Assembly: GCF_047921035.1 (NCBI RefSeq)
Contig: NZ_JBLRWX010000006.1
Location: 2,841-66,840, forward strand
Source: Natronococcus sp.
Lineage (GTDB): Archaea > Halobacteriota > Halobacteria > Halobacteriales > Natrialbaceae
Direction: 5' to 3'
DNA: 64,000 bases
Shown here: positions 18,058 to 29,447 of the stretch, piece after piece
How positions within the stretch are numbered: position 1 is the stretch's first letter
Layout of the letters: the number at the start of each line of letters is the position of its first letter
Translations under genes and position numbers: made by a program
Notes under the pieces: generated by a model
Seen by the model: the letters and a program-made list of their open reading frames with translations, nothing else
What the model was told of the DNA's origin: nothing
Database searches by the model: none

Positions 18058-18105
18058 CCGATATCGTTCCGAACGAGTCCGCGAAACGACGCCCTCGAGT
18101 AGTCT

Positions 18106-21100
18106 TTACCAGTATTGGTCGAGCCCGGTCTGTTCCTGACCCGACTTCACTTCCTCCCAGGAGACGTCCAGTGCCTCGAGGATCCGCGAGATCGGCCCTT
18201 TCAGCGTCTTCTCGAGCATCGTGTCGTAGTCGACCGCGAACTCCTCGGGGATCTGGTCGTCGTACTCGAAACAGATGACGTCGGGATCGCGCTTGAACGC
18301 CCCGTAGACGGGATCCCGGCGCGCGTCGAACCCCTCCTCGTCCTCGAGTCGCTCGAAGAAGGCGGGATCGACGCGCTCGAGGTAGAGTCGTTTGGGCTTG
18401 CTTCCGCGCTGGAAGTTCGTCCCGAGCACCCGATTCGCGTACTTGGCGCCCCGAACCTGGGCGGTGTCGGTGTCGTAGTTGTCCAGGCGTTTGCCGATCC
18501 CGCCCGGGATGGCGATCTCCTCGAGGCTCACCTCGCCCGCGCGGACGTTCTCGATGATACCCTGGACGTACTCCTTGGCGCCCTCGACGTCGCCCTCCTT
18601 GACGATCATCTCGATCACCCGATGCTGGACCTCCTTGGTGATCGGGGCGATATCCGAGCGCTGGTACTCGAAGCCGACGATGTCGACGTCGTCGACATCC
18701 TTCCCCTCCTTCCAGGTGATGTGACCGGCGTAGCGTTTCTTCTTTCCCGCCTGGAAGAAGCGCCGGTAGAGTTTCTCGAACTCGATCTGGAAGCGGTGGG
18801 CCTCGGCGTTCAGGTCCTCGCGCGCAAAGTCGTCGTAGCGGTCGTTGATGTGCTCTTCAATCTCGAAGGACTGCTCGATGGCTTCCTCCTTCGAGACGTC
18901 GGGTCCGAGCTCGAGCATGACGGAGTCCGTATCACCATACGTAACCTGATAATTCATCTCATCCGCGGCAGTTTCCGTAAATTCGATTACTTCGCGCCCA
19001 GTAGCGGTGATCGCGGATGCTGCCTCCTTATCATAAAGTCTGAATTGTTCCCATCCTGATACACCATACAACGAGTTCATGATAACCTTTACCGCACCCT
19101 GCTGGCGGTCGTACTGCTCGTATTCAGGTGATCCGGGTTTGTGCTCGTTCCGGAGCCCTTTCTTTTCCTCGCGCTCGGCGAGCAGCTCCGTGATCATCTC
19201 GCGCATCACGCCGTCGGGCTCCTTGCGAAAGTGGATGGGGTCGGGTTGGGTCGGCGCGGTGTAGGTCTCGCCGTCGTACTCGTCGGGATCGACCCGCGTC
19301 TCCGGCGAGGCGTTGATCGTCGTCATGCACATCGGGTACAGCGACTTCAGGTCCAGTACGGTGACGTTCTCCTTGACGCCCGTGATCGGATCGAAGACGG
19401 CTCCGCCCTCGTACTCCTCGCCGCCCTCCTGTTGTCCCTTCGAGGGGAGGGCGAACTGGCCGTGGGCCTGGTGGAGGACGTACATGTCGACGGCGTCGCC
19501 GGGCGTGGGGGCGTCCTCGAGCTTGCAGCCGACGAACGATCGGACCTCGTCCCAGAACGGGATGATCTGTTGCTGGCGATCGAGTTCGACGCAGATCTCG
19601 ACGTCCCGGAGGTTGTACGCGAGCAGCTGGGTCGGGTCGCCCTCCCAGAGGTCGCCGATGTCGCCGGTGTAACGTTCCTTGCCGACCCCGAGTTCGGACT
19701 CGCCGACGGCGTCCAGCCGGTAGGAGTCGAGTTCGGAGAAGACCATCCGCTGGTAGCCATAGAGCAGGTCGAAGACGACTCGACCCTTGATGTCGGGACC
19801 GCCCCAGTTGCTGCGCCAGACCTCGTCCACTCGGGAGAGGCGATCGATCTCGAGGTTGTAGTCGTGATGAGGACCCTGGAGTTCCTCGAGACGATCGAGG
19901 AGGTATGGTGCGTCGAAATCATCGCAGTTGTGGACCAGACACCCTTCAGCGATGAAGTTATGCGTCGTCGTTTCGATGTCGTAGGTCGTTTCAGTACCAG
20001 TTACCGAAACGTCCGTTACCTCAACGAAGACGTACTCTTCCCACTCCTCGGAGTGTGTCTCATGACGTTTGAGGTTGATACCTCGCCGGTGTTTGTCGTT
20101 CCCGACCCGTTTGGCGTCAGTCCCGACATCAGCTTCGAACAATGCGTATGGGATGTTCTCGGATTGAGCGCTTTTGCCGCCCTCAAAGTCCGTTAGGGCG
20201 TCTTTCTTTTCGGGATGTCCCATATGCGGGAGAACGCAGTCCTTCAGTCGATCGATGCCGCGTTTCGCATCGGGAATCCTAACGACGTTCTCTCGTTGCT
20301 GCGCGTAGATTCCAAGTCGCTTGAATAGCTTTACGTACCACTCACCGATCGACCGGTTCTCGGCAGCAACTGTGATCCCACTTTGCGCAATATTTCCGTC
20401 GCCATCGATAGCTCCTGCCAAGAAGCGACTGATGTATTCGGACGGCATTTCGTAAATCATCGAGAGATCGACGGGGCCGTCGTTTTTGTTTCCAAACGGA
20501 ATACCGAGCCCGTTAAGGGCATACATCATCGCATAATCCAGCACGTTCTGTTTGTAACATCCCTTTCCGTCCGGTTCTAAGTGATTCTCGCCAGGGAATT
20601 GTCGATGAAGTTCTTCTCGAGTGTTGTAGAACCGAACGCCATCATCTGTCGACATCGACCCGTCCGTGAGGATCAGCCCAGCGTAATAGAGTTCGTCAGG
20701 CGTTATTTTTCGTTCGAGAGCAACACCCGTTCCCCGATATTCGACGCCACCATCTGGAACGGGAACATCGTACTGGCTCGCTGCATCTCGACAGCGTTTC
20801 GGCGTCCAGACGGTCGTGTGAGGGTGGTGTAACGTTCCGGTTGCAACGTCGAATTCGTCGGCTAACTCGGTGATGGCACCGTATGGAAGATCCGTCTTGA
20901 ATTCTGAGACCGTCTGTTTGTTGGCGTACCGTTGGTTCTCTACTGGAATGAGTTCCGAAAGTGTGGGGACGATCGGCTCTTCGACGGAGAGTCTCCGCGG
21001 CTTGAGTACGTAATCACCAGATTCGATTTCGCCCCCCTCCTTCCAGTCTACAGTATCGTCGTCCCCGACCATTATCCGATGCTCGGCTGACGATCGGAGC

Positions 21101-22197
21101 GAGGATCCATCAGCTAACGAGAATTCACGAATCTCTTTTTTGCTTTCCCACTTGTTCGTTACTTCTGCAACGCTTGTTTGCTGTGATTCGGAACCGACTA
21201 CCGAATCCCCGATTTCGATATCTTGTATCTCTTTTTCGGTTCCGTCCGCCATGAGGACGTCGCTATCCGCCGGAAGACAGTTCCAGCCAGTGACGATGTC
21301 TGGATCTGCCTTATTTCGATCAGCAACGTAGTCGACGAACGCTTCGAGCATCGCCTCCTCCTCCTCGAACGCTCGAACCTCGTGGTCGATCTCGCCCTCG
21401 ATCGGGTCGTACTCGGTGATCTCGTCGGGAATGTGGCCGGAACCCTCATCGGCTGCACAGACCCACATGATGTACTTATCACGGTAGGAGTCGTGGCTGG
21501 TGAGACAGACGATGGGTTCTTCGCCATCCTCCGGGAAGCCGTGGCGGTCCTCGACCTCGATGTCGAACGTCAGCACGCGCGGTTCGGCGTCGACGTCGGT
21601 CGCCTCGACCTCGTCGTGGGGGACGACCAGCGAGCCGTCGTCGGCCCGCCGCTCGGGGACGCGAATCCCGCTGCGGACGTCCTTGTCGATGAGAAACCGG
21701 TTCGGGAAGAGGATGTCGGCCTCGTAGTGTTCGAACTCGTCGCGGACCTGGCCGACGTCCCGCGGCGTTTGCCCGAAGATCTTCGTCAGCTTCTCGCCGC
21801 GGATGCTCTCGTAGGGCTTTCCGTTTCGGTCCTCCTCGCGGCTTCCGGTGAGCCGGTCGTACGCCTCCTCGGGCGGGCGCTCGAGGCTGTCGGTCGGCGC
21901 GTAGAAGTATGGGCGAAAGCCGACGACCTGGACGTGCTCGAGTTCGCCGTCGGTCGTGCGGCCGAAGACGTGCATGATCGGGCGCTCGTCGTCGCCGTAG
22001 CCGGCGATGGTGTAGTCGACCTGCATCACGGCGAGCTCGAGTGCTCCCGTCGGCTCCGGAAGCGTCTCCTCGCGAACGTCGATCACGGCTGTGCTGTCTC
22101 CCGTCCCGTCGCCGGCGACGGCGGCTGCCTCTTCGTCCGGCCGTTCGGAAGACTCGCGGGAAAACTCCGCGAGTCCGGTCTGGCCCGCCTCGGTCAT
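18106..22197 (-). CDS. polB: Family-B DNA polymerase (PolB) interrupted by one intein
   Basis: 1363-aa ORF. Exo I FDIEV. Exo II N|CDDFDAPYL, split by the intein. Pol motif [11 protein letters not shown], motif [13 protein letters not shown] and motif C YGDTDS are all intact. 912 aa without the intein. Confidence 0.95.
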   Translation of the reverse strand: MTEAGQTGLAEFSRESSERPDEEAAAVAGDGTGDSTAVIDVREETLPEPTGALELAVMQVDYTIAGYGDDERPIMHVFGRTTDGELEHVQVVGFRPYFYAPTDSLERPPEEAYDRLTGSREEDRNGKPYESIRGEKLTKIFGQTPRDVGQVRDEFEHYEADILFPNRFLIDKDVRSGIRVPERRADDGSLVVPHDEVEATDVDAEPRVLTFDIEVEDRHGFPEDGEEPIVCLTSHDSYRDKYIMWVCAADEGSGHIPDEITEYDPIEGEIDHEVRAFEEEEAMLEAFVDYVADRNKADPDIVTGWNCLPADSDVLMADGTEKEIQDIEIGDSVVGSESQQTSVAEVTNKWESKKEIREFSLADGSSLRSSAEHRIMVGDDDTVDWKEGGEIESGDYVLKPRRLSVEEPIVPTLSELIPVENQRYANKQTVSEFKTDLPYGAITELADEFDVATGTLHHPHTTVWTPKRCRDAASQYDVPVPDGGVEYRGTGVALERKITPDELYYAGLILTDGSMSTDDGVRFYNTREELHRQFPGENHLEPDGKGCYKQNVLDYAMMYALNGLGIPFGNKNDGPVDLSMIYEMPSEYISRFLAGAIDGDGNIAQSGITVAAENRSIGEWYVKLFKRLGIYAQQRENVVRIPDAKRGIDRLKDCVLPHMGHPEKKDALTDFEGGKSAQSENIPYALFEADVGTDAKRVGNDKHRRGINLKRHETHSEEWEEYVFVEVTDVSVTGTETTYDIETTTHNFIAEGCLVHNCDDFDAPYLLDRLEELQGPHHDYNLEIDRLSRVDEVWRSNWGGPDIKGRVVFDLLYGYQRMVFSELDSYRLDAVGESELGVGKERYTGDIGDLWEGDPTQLLAYNLRDVEICVELDRQQQIIPFWDEVRSFVGCKLEDAPTPGDAVDMYVLHQAHGQFALPSKGQQEGGEEYEGGAVFDPITGVKENVTVLDLKSLYPMCMTTINASPETRVDPDEYDGETYTAPTQPDPIHFRKEPDGVMREMITELLAEREEKKGLRNEHKPGSPEYEQYDRQQGAVKVIMNSLYGVSGWEQFRLYDKEAASAITATGREVIEFTETAADEMNYQVTYGDTDSVMLELGPDVSKEEAIEQSFEIEEHINDRYDDFAREDLNAEAHRFQIEFEKLYRRFFQAGKKKRYAGHITWKEGKDVDDVDIVGFEYQRSDIAPITKEVQHRVIEMIVKEGDVEGAKEYVQGIIENVRAGEVSLEEIAIPGGIGKRLDNYDTDTAQVRGAKYANRVLGTNFQRGSKPKRLYLERVDPAFFERLEDEEGFDARRDPVYGAFKRDPDVICFEYDDQIPEEFAVDYDTMLEKTLKGPISRILEALDVSWEEVKSGQEQTGLDQYW
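19927..21279 (-). mobile_element. Intein (451 aa) with LAGLIDADG homing-endonuclease domain
   Basis: Starts with Cys ([13 protein letters not shown]) right after IVTGWN and ends ...[10 protein letters not shown] followed by +1 Cys. Block B-like SSAEH. LAGLIDADG motifs [13 protein letters not shown] and [14 protein letters not shown]. The DNA is visibly AT-richer than the flanking extein. Confidence 0.9.
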
Positions 22198-22221
22198 TGT
22201 GTCGACGTTTGGCGCCGCCGG

Positions 22222-22228
22222 TTAAAAA
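22222..22228 (-). promoter_or_regulatory. TATA-like box (TTTTTAA) upstream of polB
   Basis: 25-31 nt upstream of the polB ATG (22195-22197). Confidence 0.4.
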
Positions 22229-22342
22229 CCCACCATTCCCGTCGATACCACGCAAAACTGAAGGAAGAACAAAGCATATAATGTGGTAACACATAGCAAG
22301 GACGAGGTGACCGACGTGTCCACTCGTGCCAACGAAGACGAG

Positions 22343-22495
22343 ATGACGGATCGAGGCGAACCGAGTAGCGAACCCGAGGGCACAGCGACGATCGAGGCCT
22401 ACGAGATCGACGACGGCGTCGTGTTCTACGACGCGGAGAACCCCCTCGCGTGGGTCGAGACGAGCAGGACGCTGACGCTCGAGGAGTTCGTCTGA
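22343..22495 (+). CDS. Small acidic conserved hypothetical protein
   Basis: ORF track gives 22283-22495. An ATG at 22343 gives MTDRGEPSSEPEGTATIEAYEIDDGVVFYDAENPLAWVETSRTLTLEEFV. GTG 22307 is also possible, given TATA-like catataat at 22275-22282. Confidence 0.5.
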   Translation: MTDRGEPSSEPEGTATIEAYEIDDGVVFYDAENPLAWVETSRTLTLEEFV

Positions 22496-22549
22496 GAGTT
22501 CTGCGGGTGAACGCGAATCCTTTTCCTTGCGCTTCCCGTTTTCGGACCT

Positions 22550-23065
22550 GTGGTGTTCGACCGATCCGAACACGAACCCGAGGAGTGGGACCCCGAGGAG
22601 GAGTTTACCGACCCCGACAGCGATTCGCTGACGATTCCGCGAGTGTCGACCGAGGACGCGGGGTCCGACCTCGGGTCGGATCTGCGCTCGGAGTTCGAGC
22701 CGTCGACCGACTCGGAGACGGCGGTCGAAACCGACGTTCCGAGCGACCTGCTGCAGGCGTTCTGGTCGATCGTGCTCGTCGTCAACGCGGCCGTGCTCGC
22801 GTTCTCGCTCGGCGTGTTGTTCCTGCTCTTCGACGGTCTCTCGACCAACAGTTTGGTCCTCGTCGTCGGCGGGCTCGTCCTCTTCGGGTTCGCCGCCTAC
22901 CGATACCGGAGCTACCGGGCGACGAGCCGCGACGATCCGACGACGACCGACGACGAGGCGAGCGACTCCGGCGCCGACACGAATACCGCACAGTCAATTC
23001 CCGGCGAAACGACTTCGGAGTCGGAGTCCGACCACCGATCACCCGACGATCCCGACCGATCATGA
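22550..23065 (+). CDS. Membrane protein (2 predicted TM helices) with acidic termini
   Basis: 171-aa ORF. Hydrophobic segments LLQAFWSIVLVVNAAVLAFSLGVLFLLF and LVLVVGGLVLFGFAAY. ATGA overlap with the next gene. Confidence 0.6.
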   Translation: MVFDRSEHEPEEWDPEEEFTDPDSDSLTIPRVSTEDAGSDLGSDLRSEFEPSTDSETAVETDVPSDLLQAFWSIVLVVNAAVLAFSLGVLFLLFDGLSTNSLVLVVGGLVLFGFAAYRYRSYRATSRDDPTTTDDEASDSGADTNTAQSIPGETTSESESDHRSPDDPDRS

Positions 23066-23553
23066 AACCCGTCCAAGACGACACCGGGAAGCGATACGTC
23101 CTTCTCAAACGCTCCGAGCACGCGAGTCTCGTTCGCGACCCCGAAACCGGAAACGAGTGTTACGTCCAGAACGACCGCCTCGAGCACCTCGCCGAGGAGT
23201 CCGTTCTCGAGACGGCCGCCCGAACGGTCGGCGAACCCGTCCGAACGCTGCTGTCGGCCGTCCACGACGAGACCGGTCTCGGGCTGCTCGTCGAACTCGG
23301 CAAGCGCGGTCCGCTGGGCGTTCGCGAACTGATCGAGACCTACGACTGCTGCGAGAGCGATCTCCACGGTCGGCTCACGGTGCTGACGGCGGCGGACCTG
23401 ATCACCGAAACCGACGTCGCCGGCGAGCGCGGCTACCGACTCACCGACGACGCCGAAACCGCACTCGAGACGATCGGTGCGGACATCGACGAGGAGTCGG
23501 CCGCGACTCGATCGACCGACGACGATTCGTCCGGGACCGAACCCGGCTCCTGA
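23062..23553 (+). CDS. Hypothetical protein with probable winged-helix domain
   Basis: ATG 23062 within ORF 22450-23553. LGLLVELGKRGPLGVRELIETYDCCESDLHGRLTVLTAADLITET...GYRLTDD looks wHTH-like. Confidence 0.55.
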   Translation: MKPVQDDTGKRYVLLKRSEHASLVRDPETGNECYVQNDRLEHLAEESVLETAARTVGEPVRTLLSAVHDETGLGLLVELGKRGPLGVRELIETYDCCESDLHGRLTVLTAADLITETDVAGERGYRLTDDAETALETIGADIDEESAATRSTDDDSSGTEPGS

Positions 23554-23581
23554 CCGGATCTGCTCGCCACTTTCGAACCTG

Positions 23582-26260
23582 TCACTCCGAGGTCAGCAGC
23601 GCCGCCTCCGTCGGCCGGCCGCGCTCGAGCCGGGACCGGTTCGAGGTCGCGTCCTTCTCGACGCGGACCAGCGAGTCCGCCGCGCCGATCAGCTCCTCGT
23701 CGTGGCTGACGACGACGATCTGTTCGACGCCCAGATCCCGCATCGACTCGACCAGCGAGACCAGCTGCGTGACGTGTCCCGAGTCGAGGAAGACGGTCGG
23801 CTCGTCCAGGATTAGCGGCGGCATCGGCGCGGTTCCCTCGACGCCCTCCGCGAGCAGCCGGTAGATCGCACACCGCAGGCTGAGGTTGAACAGCGCCCGC
23901 TCGCCGCCCGAGAGCTGTTCGGGCTCGAGCGGTTCGCCGTCCTTCTGGTAGACGGTCAGTCGGTACTCCCCGTCCAGGTCGATCGCGGCGTAGGAGTCGT
24001 TCTGGTAGACCAGGTCGAACGTCTCGTTCAACAGTCGCTCGAGGGTCTCGACGTTGCGCTGGCGCAGCTCCGCGCGCAACTCGCCGTAGGTCGTCTGCAG
24101 CGTTTCGGCCTCGTCGTACAGCGAGTCGAGCTGCTCGAGTTTCCCCTCGACGGTCTCGAGGCGCTCTCGAAGCCGCTCGAGCTCCTCGATCTTCTCCTCG
24201 ACGCCGCCGATCTTCCCCTGTAACTCGTCGCGGTCGGCCTCGAGTTCCGCGAGCTTCTCGTCGACCTTCTCGAGGTACTGCTCGGCGTTCGATTTCTTTG
24301 TGCGGGCGGTTTCGATCCGGTCGTCGTCGAACTCGGACTCGAGTTCGCGCTTGCGCTCGCGGTCGGCCGAGAGCTGCTCGCGGCGCTCGTCGTTCATCGT
24401 CTCCCAGTCCGTGCGTCGCTCCCGCAGCGTTTCGATCTCACGGGCGAGTTCGGCGCGCTCGGCCCCGATCTCGCTTACCCGACGAAGCGTCTCCAGTCGG
24501 TCCTTGATGTCGCCGCGCTCGGCGTTGATCTCGCCGAGTTCCGCCCGCGCGTCCGAGACCTCGCTTTCGAGCTCGCTCGCCCGCTCGCGGTTCGTCTCGG
24601 CCTCGCGCTCGTACTCGTCGGCCTCCTCGCGGAGTCGGTCGCGTTGCTCCCGTCGGTCCTCGAGGCTCCCGCGCTTCTCGGCGAGCAGCTGCGCGACGTT
24701 CTCGCGGTTCTCCTCGAGGCGGTCGACGCGTCGCTCGGTCTCGACGAACGATTCGGCGCGCTCGATCCGCTCCTCGAGGTCGTCGCGGTCGTCCTCGAGG
24801 CCCGACAGCCGCTCCTCGAGCGCCGCGAGTTCGTCGTGTTTCTCCTCGAGGACGTCGACGTGAGGGGAGTCCGCGACGTCCTGGCCGCACTCGGGACACT
24901 TCCCCTCCTCGCGGAGCCGCTCGCCCTCCTCGATCGCGTTCTCGACGGACCGGATCTCGGCGGTGACGTCGTTGATCGTCGAGACGAGCTCCTCGCGCTC
25001 GCTCTCGAGGTCCTCGAGGTAGCTCTCGGCCTCGCCGAACGCGACCGGCGCGTCGTCGAACGCCGAGCGGGCGGACTCGAGGTCGTCCTCGAGGTCGTCG
25101 ACCTTCTCCTCGCGGTCGGCGATGGCCTCGCGGTCGGCCTCGATCCGCTCGGTGAGGTCGTCGGCCTCCTCGCGGGCCCGCTCGGCCTGGGACTCGAGGT
25201 CGTCGGCCTCCTCGCGCAGCCGCTCTATTTCGCCGTTGCGCTCCGTGATCGAGACGCGGACGTCCTCGAGGCCGTCCCGGAGCTCCTCGTCGCGGGCCTC
25301 GACCTCCTCGATTCGGGACTCGACCGCGTCGGCGTCGCCCGTTTCGAGCTCCGTTTCCGCGAGCAGCCCGTCGCGCTCGTCCGCGAGTTCCTCGCGTTCG
25401 CTCCTTCGCTCGCGGAGGGTCTCGCCGGCGTCCTCGCGCTTTCGCTCGGTCTCGGCGATCTTCGAGCGCAGCTCCTCGATCCCCTCCTCGAGGTCCGCGA
25501 TCTCCTCGCGGGTCTCCTCGTGGCGTTCGAGGACGTCCGCGGCCGTCTCGAGGGTCTCCCGCGCGTTCTCGCGCTGGGACTCGAAGCGTTCGATGTCGGC
25601 GACGACGTCGGCGTGGCTCGACTCGAGGGCGTTCAGCCGGTCGTGGAGATCCTGGTCTTCCTTGCGTTCGACCTGCGTCCGGAGGTCCTCGAGCACCTCG
25701 CGCTGGCCGTCGAGCACCGACTTGACGCCGAGCCGGGCGTCGCTGGCTCGTTCGCGGTACTCCTCGAGCGCGCCCAGCTGCAGGAGGTCGTCGATCATGT
25801 CCTGGCGCTCGCCCGGCGAGGCGTGGATCAGCTTGTTCACCTCCCCCTGGCGGACGTACGCACAGTTGACGAACGCCTCGGCGTCCATCCGCAGCAGTTC
25901 GGTCACCTCGTGGCGGACGTCCCGCGCGCCCTCGATCGTCTCGCCCGGCCCCTCGAGAACGCACTTGGTCGTCGTCGCGCGATCGCCCCGCAGCTTGAGC
26001 CGCCGCTCGACGCGGTAGCTCTCGCCGTCGTGGGTGAACTCGAGTTCGACCTCGCAGTCGTCCTCGCCGGTCGTGATCACGTCGTCGAGGGTGCGATCGC
26101 CCAGCGCCTTCGAGCCGTACAGCGCGAAGAAGACCGCCTCGAGCAGTGTCGACTTCCCGCTGCCGTTGACGCCGTGAACGATCGTCACCCCCCGCTCGAG
26201 GCCGAGCTCGGCCTCGCCGTAGCACTTGAAGTTACGCAGGCGGACGCGGTCGACCCTCAT
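23582..26260 (-). CDS. rad50: DNA double-strand-break repair ATPase Rad50
   Basis: 892-aa ORF. Walker [10 protein letters not shown], long coiled coils, zinc hook CPECGQ, signature LSGGERAL, Walker [12 protein letters not shown]. Confidence 0.95.
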   Translation of the reverse strand: MRVDRVRLRNFKCYGEAELGLERGVTIVHGVNGSGKSTLLEAVFFALYGSKALGDRTLDDVITTGEDDCEVELEFTHDGESYRVERRLKLRGDRATTTKCVLEGPGETIEGARDVRHEVTELLRMDAEAFVNCAYVRQGEVNKLIHASPGERQDMIDDLLQLGALEEYRERASDARLGVKSVLDGQREVLEDLRTQVERKEDQDLHDRLNALESSHADVVADIERFESQRENARETLETAADVLERHEETREEIADLEEGIEELRSKIAETERKREDAGETLRERRSEREELADERDGLLAETELETGDADAVESRIEEVEARDEELRDGLEDVRVSITERNGEIERLREEADDLESQAERAREEADDLTERIEADREAIADREEKVDDLEDDLESARSAFDDAPVAFGEAESYLEDLESEREELVSTINDVTAEIRSVENAIEEGERLREEGKCPECGQDVADSPHVDVLEEKHDELAALEERLSGLEDDRDDLEERIERAESFVETERRVDRLEENRENVAQLLAEKRGSLEDRREQRDRLREEADEYEREAETNRERASELESEVSDARAELGEINAERGDIKDRLETLRRVSEIGAERAELAREIETLRERRTDWETMNDERREQLSADRERKRELESEFDDDRIETARTKKSNAEQYLEKVDEKLAELEADRDELQGKIGGVEEKIEELERLRERLETVEGKLEQLDSLYDEAETLQTTYGELRAELRQRNVETLERLLNETFDLVYQNDSYAAIDLDGEYRLTVYQKDGEPLEPEQLSGGERALFNLSLRCAIYRLLAEGVEGTAPMPPLILDEPTVFLDSGHVTQLVSLVESMRDLGVEQIVVVSHDEELIGAADSLVRVEKDATSNRSRLERGRPTEAALLTSE

Positions 26261-27678
26261 TCGAAATCACCCAGCGAGGCGTACTCGCCGCCGGAACTCG
26301 GCGCCGATCCGGAGTCAGAGCCGTCCCCGGAGTCCGTCGCGGCGGCGTCGCTCCGTTCGTCGGCTGCGGAATCGGCCTCCCCGTTCGCGTCGCCGTCGAC
26401 CGCGCTCGCGGGGTTGTCGCTCGCGCTCTCGTCCGCCGCGGACTCGGCGCGACTCGGTTCGTCGGCGCCAGCGCCGGCTTCGCTCTCCGCTTCGGCCGAG
26501 AGCTGGTTCGCGACCGTCGACACGTCCTCGTCGCCCGGCTCCCGATCGGGTGCGGGTTCGAAGGCGGCCCCGTCGTCCTCGAGCAGCTCACGGGTGCATC
26601 GCTCGACCCGTTCGCGGACGTTCGCGTCCGCGAGGTCGTCGTTCCGGACGGTGCGGTCGATCTCGAGGGCGGCGTCGCTGAGGCCGAGTTCGCGAACCCG
26701 CTCGCGAACCGCGTCGTCGGGGTCGGCGAAGCTGACCGAGACCGCCTCGCCCTCGTCGGGCAGTTCGCGGCGGTCGTTCACGCGAGCGACGAGCGCGCCG
26801 CGATCGACGGCGAGTTCCTCGACGGCTGCGGGCGTGATCGGCTTCCCCTCGCCCTCGACGGTGACGACGACGACCGCATCCTCGAGGTCGTGCTGGCGGA
26901 CCCGCTCCTGAACGCGGTCGACGCCCTCGCCCTCGGCGAGTTCGACGTCGACGAAGACGAACTCGCGGGTCGACTCGATCCCTCGGCGACGGATCGCCGG
27001 CTCCTCGCCGGGTTCGAAGTCGACGAGGTTGTACCCGCGGTCCTCGCGTTCGCTCGCGCTCGCGCGCTCGGTCGATCCGCAGTAGGTGACCCACGTCTCC
27101 CGTAGCTCGGCGGTGTCGGGGTGGTGGTTGTCGCCGAGCAGGACGGCGTCGAACTCGACCGTCGACTCCTCGAGGAGTCGCTCGGTGTCCCAGTCGGCGT
27201 GGGGGAACGGTTCGAACAGGCCGTGGCTCACGAGGGCGGCGTGCTCGGTCTCGTCGGGGACCGGGGCGAACTCGTACTCGAGGTCCTCGCGCCGGGAGCG
27301 GGGGACGAAGTCGAGCCCGTAGAACGCAACGTCCTCGAGGACGTACGGCTCGGCGCCGAGTCGGGTCGCGAGCCCGAGGTCGGCGAAGAGGTCGAGCCAC
27401 TGGGCGTCGCGTTTCCCCTCGTGGTTGCCGACGACCGCGAGGAAGGGGACGTCGGCGTCCTCGAGCGAGCGAAGGATCTCGACGGTCCCCTGGAGGTCGA
27501 CCAGGTTCGGCCGTCGGTCGTGAAAGAGGTCGCCGGCGTGGATCACGGCGTCGACGTCGCCCTCGATCGCATCCTCGGCGACGCTCCGGAAGGCCTCGAG
27601 GAAGTCCCGTCGTCGTTCGGGCGAGTTGTACTGCTGGTACCCGATGTGGGTGTCGCCCGTGTGTATCACCCGCGTCAT
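26257..27678 (-). CDS. mre11: DNA double-strand-break repair nuclease Mre11
   Basis: 473-aa ORF. Phosphoesterase motifs [20 protein letters not shown], and a histidine in LVSHG. Long acidic C-terminal tail. 4-nt overlap with rad50. Confidence 0.93.
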   Translation of the reverse strand: MTRVIHTGDTHIGYQQYNSPERRRDFLEAFRSVAEDAIEGDVDAVIHAGDLFHDRRPNLVDLQGTVEILRSLEDADVPFLAVVGNHEGKRDAQWLDLFADLGLATRLGAEPYVLEDVAFYGLDFVPRSRREDLEYEFAPVPDETEHAALVSHGLFEPFPHADWDTERLLEESTVEFDAVLLGDNHHPDTAELRETWVTYCGSTERASASEREDRGYNLVDFEPGEEPAIRRRGIESTREFVFVDVELAEGEGVDRVQERVRQHDLEDAVVVVTVEGEGKPITPAAVEELAVDRGALVARVNDRRELPDEGEAVSVSFADPDDAVRERVRELGLSDAALEIDRTVRNDDLADANVRERVERCTRELLEDDGAAFEPAPDREPGDEDVSTVANQLSAEAESEAGAGADEPSRAESAADESASDNPASAVDGDANGEADSAADERSDAAATDSGDGSDSGSAPSSGGEYASLGDFE

Positions 27679-27702
27679 CTGTCGGGAGTTAACCGCGGGG
27701 CC

Positions 27703-27708
27703 CTAAAT
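27703..27708 (-). promoter_or_regulatory. TATA-like box (ATTTAG) upstream of mre11
   Basis: 25-30 nt upstream of the mre11 ATG. Confidence 0.35.
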
Positions 27709-27798
27709 GGATTCCGCGACCGGAGTGAAAGTAGAGCGCGCTGACGAAAACGTGAATCGATCGCCCGCGAACGGGCCGGAACGAGAGTTACAGCTCCG

Positions 27799-28068
27799 CT
27801 ACGATTCGATATCGAGGCTGTACAGGCGCTTGCGCGCGTCCGAGAACGAGAAGCGGGAGTCGATGACGTTCTCCTCGTCGAGCCGGTTCAGCGCGTACCG
27901 GACCGTCCGCGCGGGCAGGAGCGTCTCCTCGGCGATCTGCTGTTGGGTCATGGTGTCGTTGTACTCGAGGACCTTCGCGACGAGTTTCGCACTCGGCGGG
28001 AGCTCGCGGACGTCGTCCCACGACCCCCGGTTCGTGGGTTCGGGCTGTGGCGACTCTAGAGAACTCAT
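27799..28068 (-). CDS. Small winged-helix DNA-binding protein (MarR/TrmB-like)
   Basis: 89-aa ORF. SAKLVAKVLEYNDTMTQQQIAEETLLPARTVRYALNRLDEENVI. Confidence 0.65.
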   Translation of the reverse strand: MSSLESPQPEPTNRGSWDDVRELPPSAKLVAKVLEYNDTMTQQQIAEETLLPARTVRYALNRLDEENVIDSRFSFSDARKRLYSLDIES

Positions 28069-28193
28069 CCTGTACTCCCATTACGAATACGGCCTGATAA
28101 TATTTTCTGTTTCATTCTATGTCCTATGGTAATATTCCAGCGGAGCTGTAGTTACCCGAAGCCTCTTATGAGCCAACACCCAACTCACAGGTG

Positions 28194-29411
28194 ATGAGCG
28201 ACACTGTGGACGACGTCGACCTCCCCTACGACGAGGACGAGGCGTCCCAACAGGAGAAAATCCAGGCACTCGAGGATCGGTTAGAGATCCTCGAGTCACA
28301 AAACGAGGAGATGCGCGACAAACTCCTCGATGCGAACGCCGAGAACAACAAGTACCAGCAGAAGCTCGAGCGGCTTACCCACGAGAACAAGAAGCTCAAG
28401 CAGTCTCCCCTGTTTGTCGCCACGGTCCAGGAACTGACGGACGAAGGCGTTATCATCAAACAACACGGGAACAACCAGGAGGCGCTGACCGAGGTCACCG
28501 AGGAGATGCGCGAGGACATCGAGCCCGACGCCCGCGTGGCCGTCAACAACTCGCTGTCGATCGTCAAGAGCCTCTCGAACGAGACCGACGTCCGCGCCCG
28601 CGTGATGGAAGTCACCGAGAGCCCCGAGGTCAGCTACGAGGACATCGGCGGTCTCGAGGAGCAGATGCAGGAAGTCCGCGAGACGGTCGAGATGCCCCTC
28701 GAGAAGCCGGAGATGTTCGACGACGTCGGCATCGAGCCCCCGAGCGGCGTCCTGCTGTACGGCCCGCCCGGCACCGGGAAGACGATGCTCGCCAAAGCAG
28801 TGGCCAACCAGACCGACGCCACCTTCATCAAGATGGCCGGCTCCGAACTCGTACACAAGTTCATCGGCGAGGGCGCGAAGCTCGTCCGCGACCTGTTCAA
28901 GGTCGCCCGCGAGCACGAGCCTGCGGTCATCTTCATCGACGAGATCGACGCCATCGCCGCCAAACGCACGGAGTCGAAGACCTCCGGTGACGCCGAGGTC
29001 CAGCGGACGATGATGCAACTCCTCTCGGAGATGGACGGCTTCGAGGACCGCGGCGACATCCGCATCATCGCCGCCACCAACCGCTTCGACATGCTCGACC
29101 GTGCGATCCTCCGACCGGGTCGGTTCGACCGACTCATCGAGGTCCCCAAGCCGAACCAGGAGGGCCGCGAGATCATCTTCGAGATCCACACCCGCGGGAT
29201 GAACGTCGCCGACGACGTCGACTTCTCCGAACTGGCCGCCGAGGCCGAGGAGGCGTCCGGCGCCGACATCAAGGCGATCTGTACCGAGGCCGGGATGTTC
29301 GCCATCCGCGACGACCGCACCGAGATCCGGATGGAGGACTTCCGGGGCGCCTGGGAGAAGGTCCAGGCCGAAACCGACGAGACCGACGAGGTCTCGAAGA
29401 CGTTCGCCTGA
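28194..29411 (+). CDS. pan: Proteasome-activating nucleotidase (PAN, AAA+ ATPase)
   Basis: ORF 28191-29411 (GTG 28191 / ATG 28194). N-terminal coiled coil, Walker A GPPGTGKT, Walker B IFIDEID, SRH ATNRFDMLDRAILRPGRFD. Confidence 0.95.
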   Translation: MSDTVDDVDLPYDEDEASQQEKIQALEDRLEILESQNEEMRDKLLDANAENNKYQQKLERLTHENKKLKQSPLFVATVQELTDEGVIIKQHGNNQEALTEVTEEMREDIEPDARVAVNNSLSIVKSLSNETDVRARVMEVTESPEVSYEDIGGLEEQMQEVRETVEMPLEKPEMFDDVGIEPPSGVLLYGPPGTGKTMLAKAVANQTDATFIKMAGSELVHKFIGEGAKLVRDLFKVAREHEPAVIFIDEIDAIAAKRTESKTSGDAEVQRTMMQLLSEMDGFEDRGDIRIIAATNRFDMLDRAILRPGRFDRLIEVPKPNQEGREIIFEIHTRGMNVADDVDFSELAAEAEEASGADIKAICTEAGMFAIRDDRTEIRMEDFRGAWEKVQAETDETDEVSKTFA

Positions 29412-29447
29412 TCGGACTGTCGGGTCGACTCGTCCCGTCCTTTCTCT

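Noticed and set aside
24298-26911. Several long ORFs in multiple frames on both strands across rad50/mre11 (e.g. 24438-26225, 24644-26911, 25122-26018).
   Set aside because: This is a consequence of the GAG/GAC/CTC/CGC-rich coiled-coil coding sequence. The products are Ser- or Arg-rich low-complexity strings. Only the Rad50 and Mre11 frames show Walker, zinc-hook and phosphoesterase motifs.
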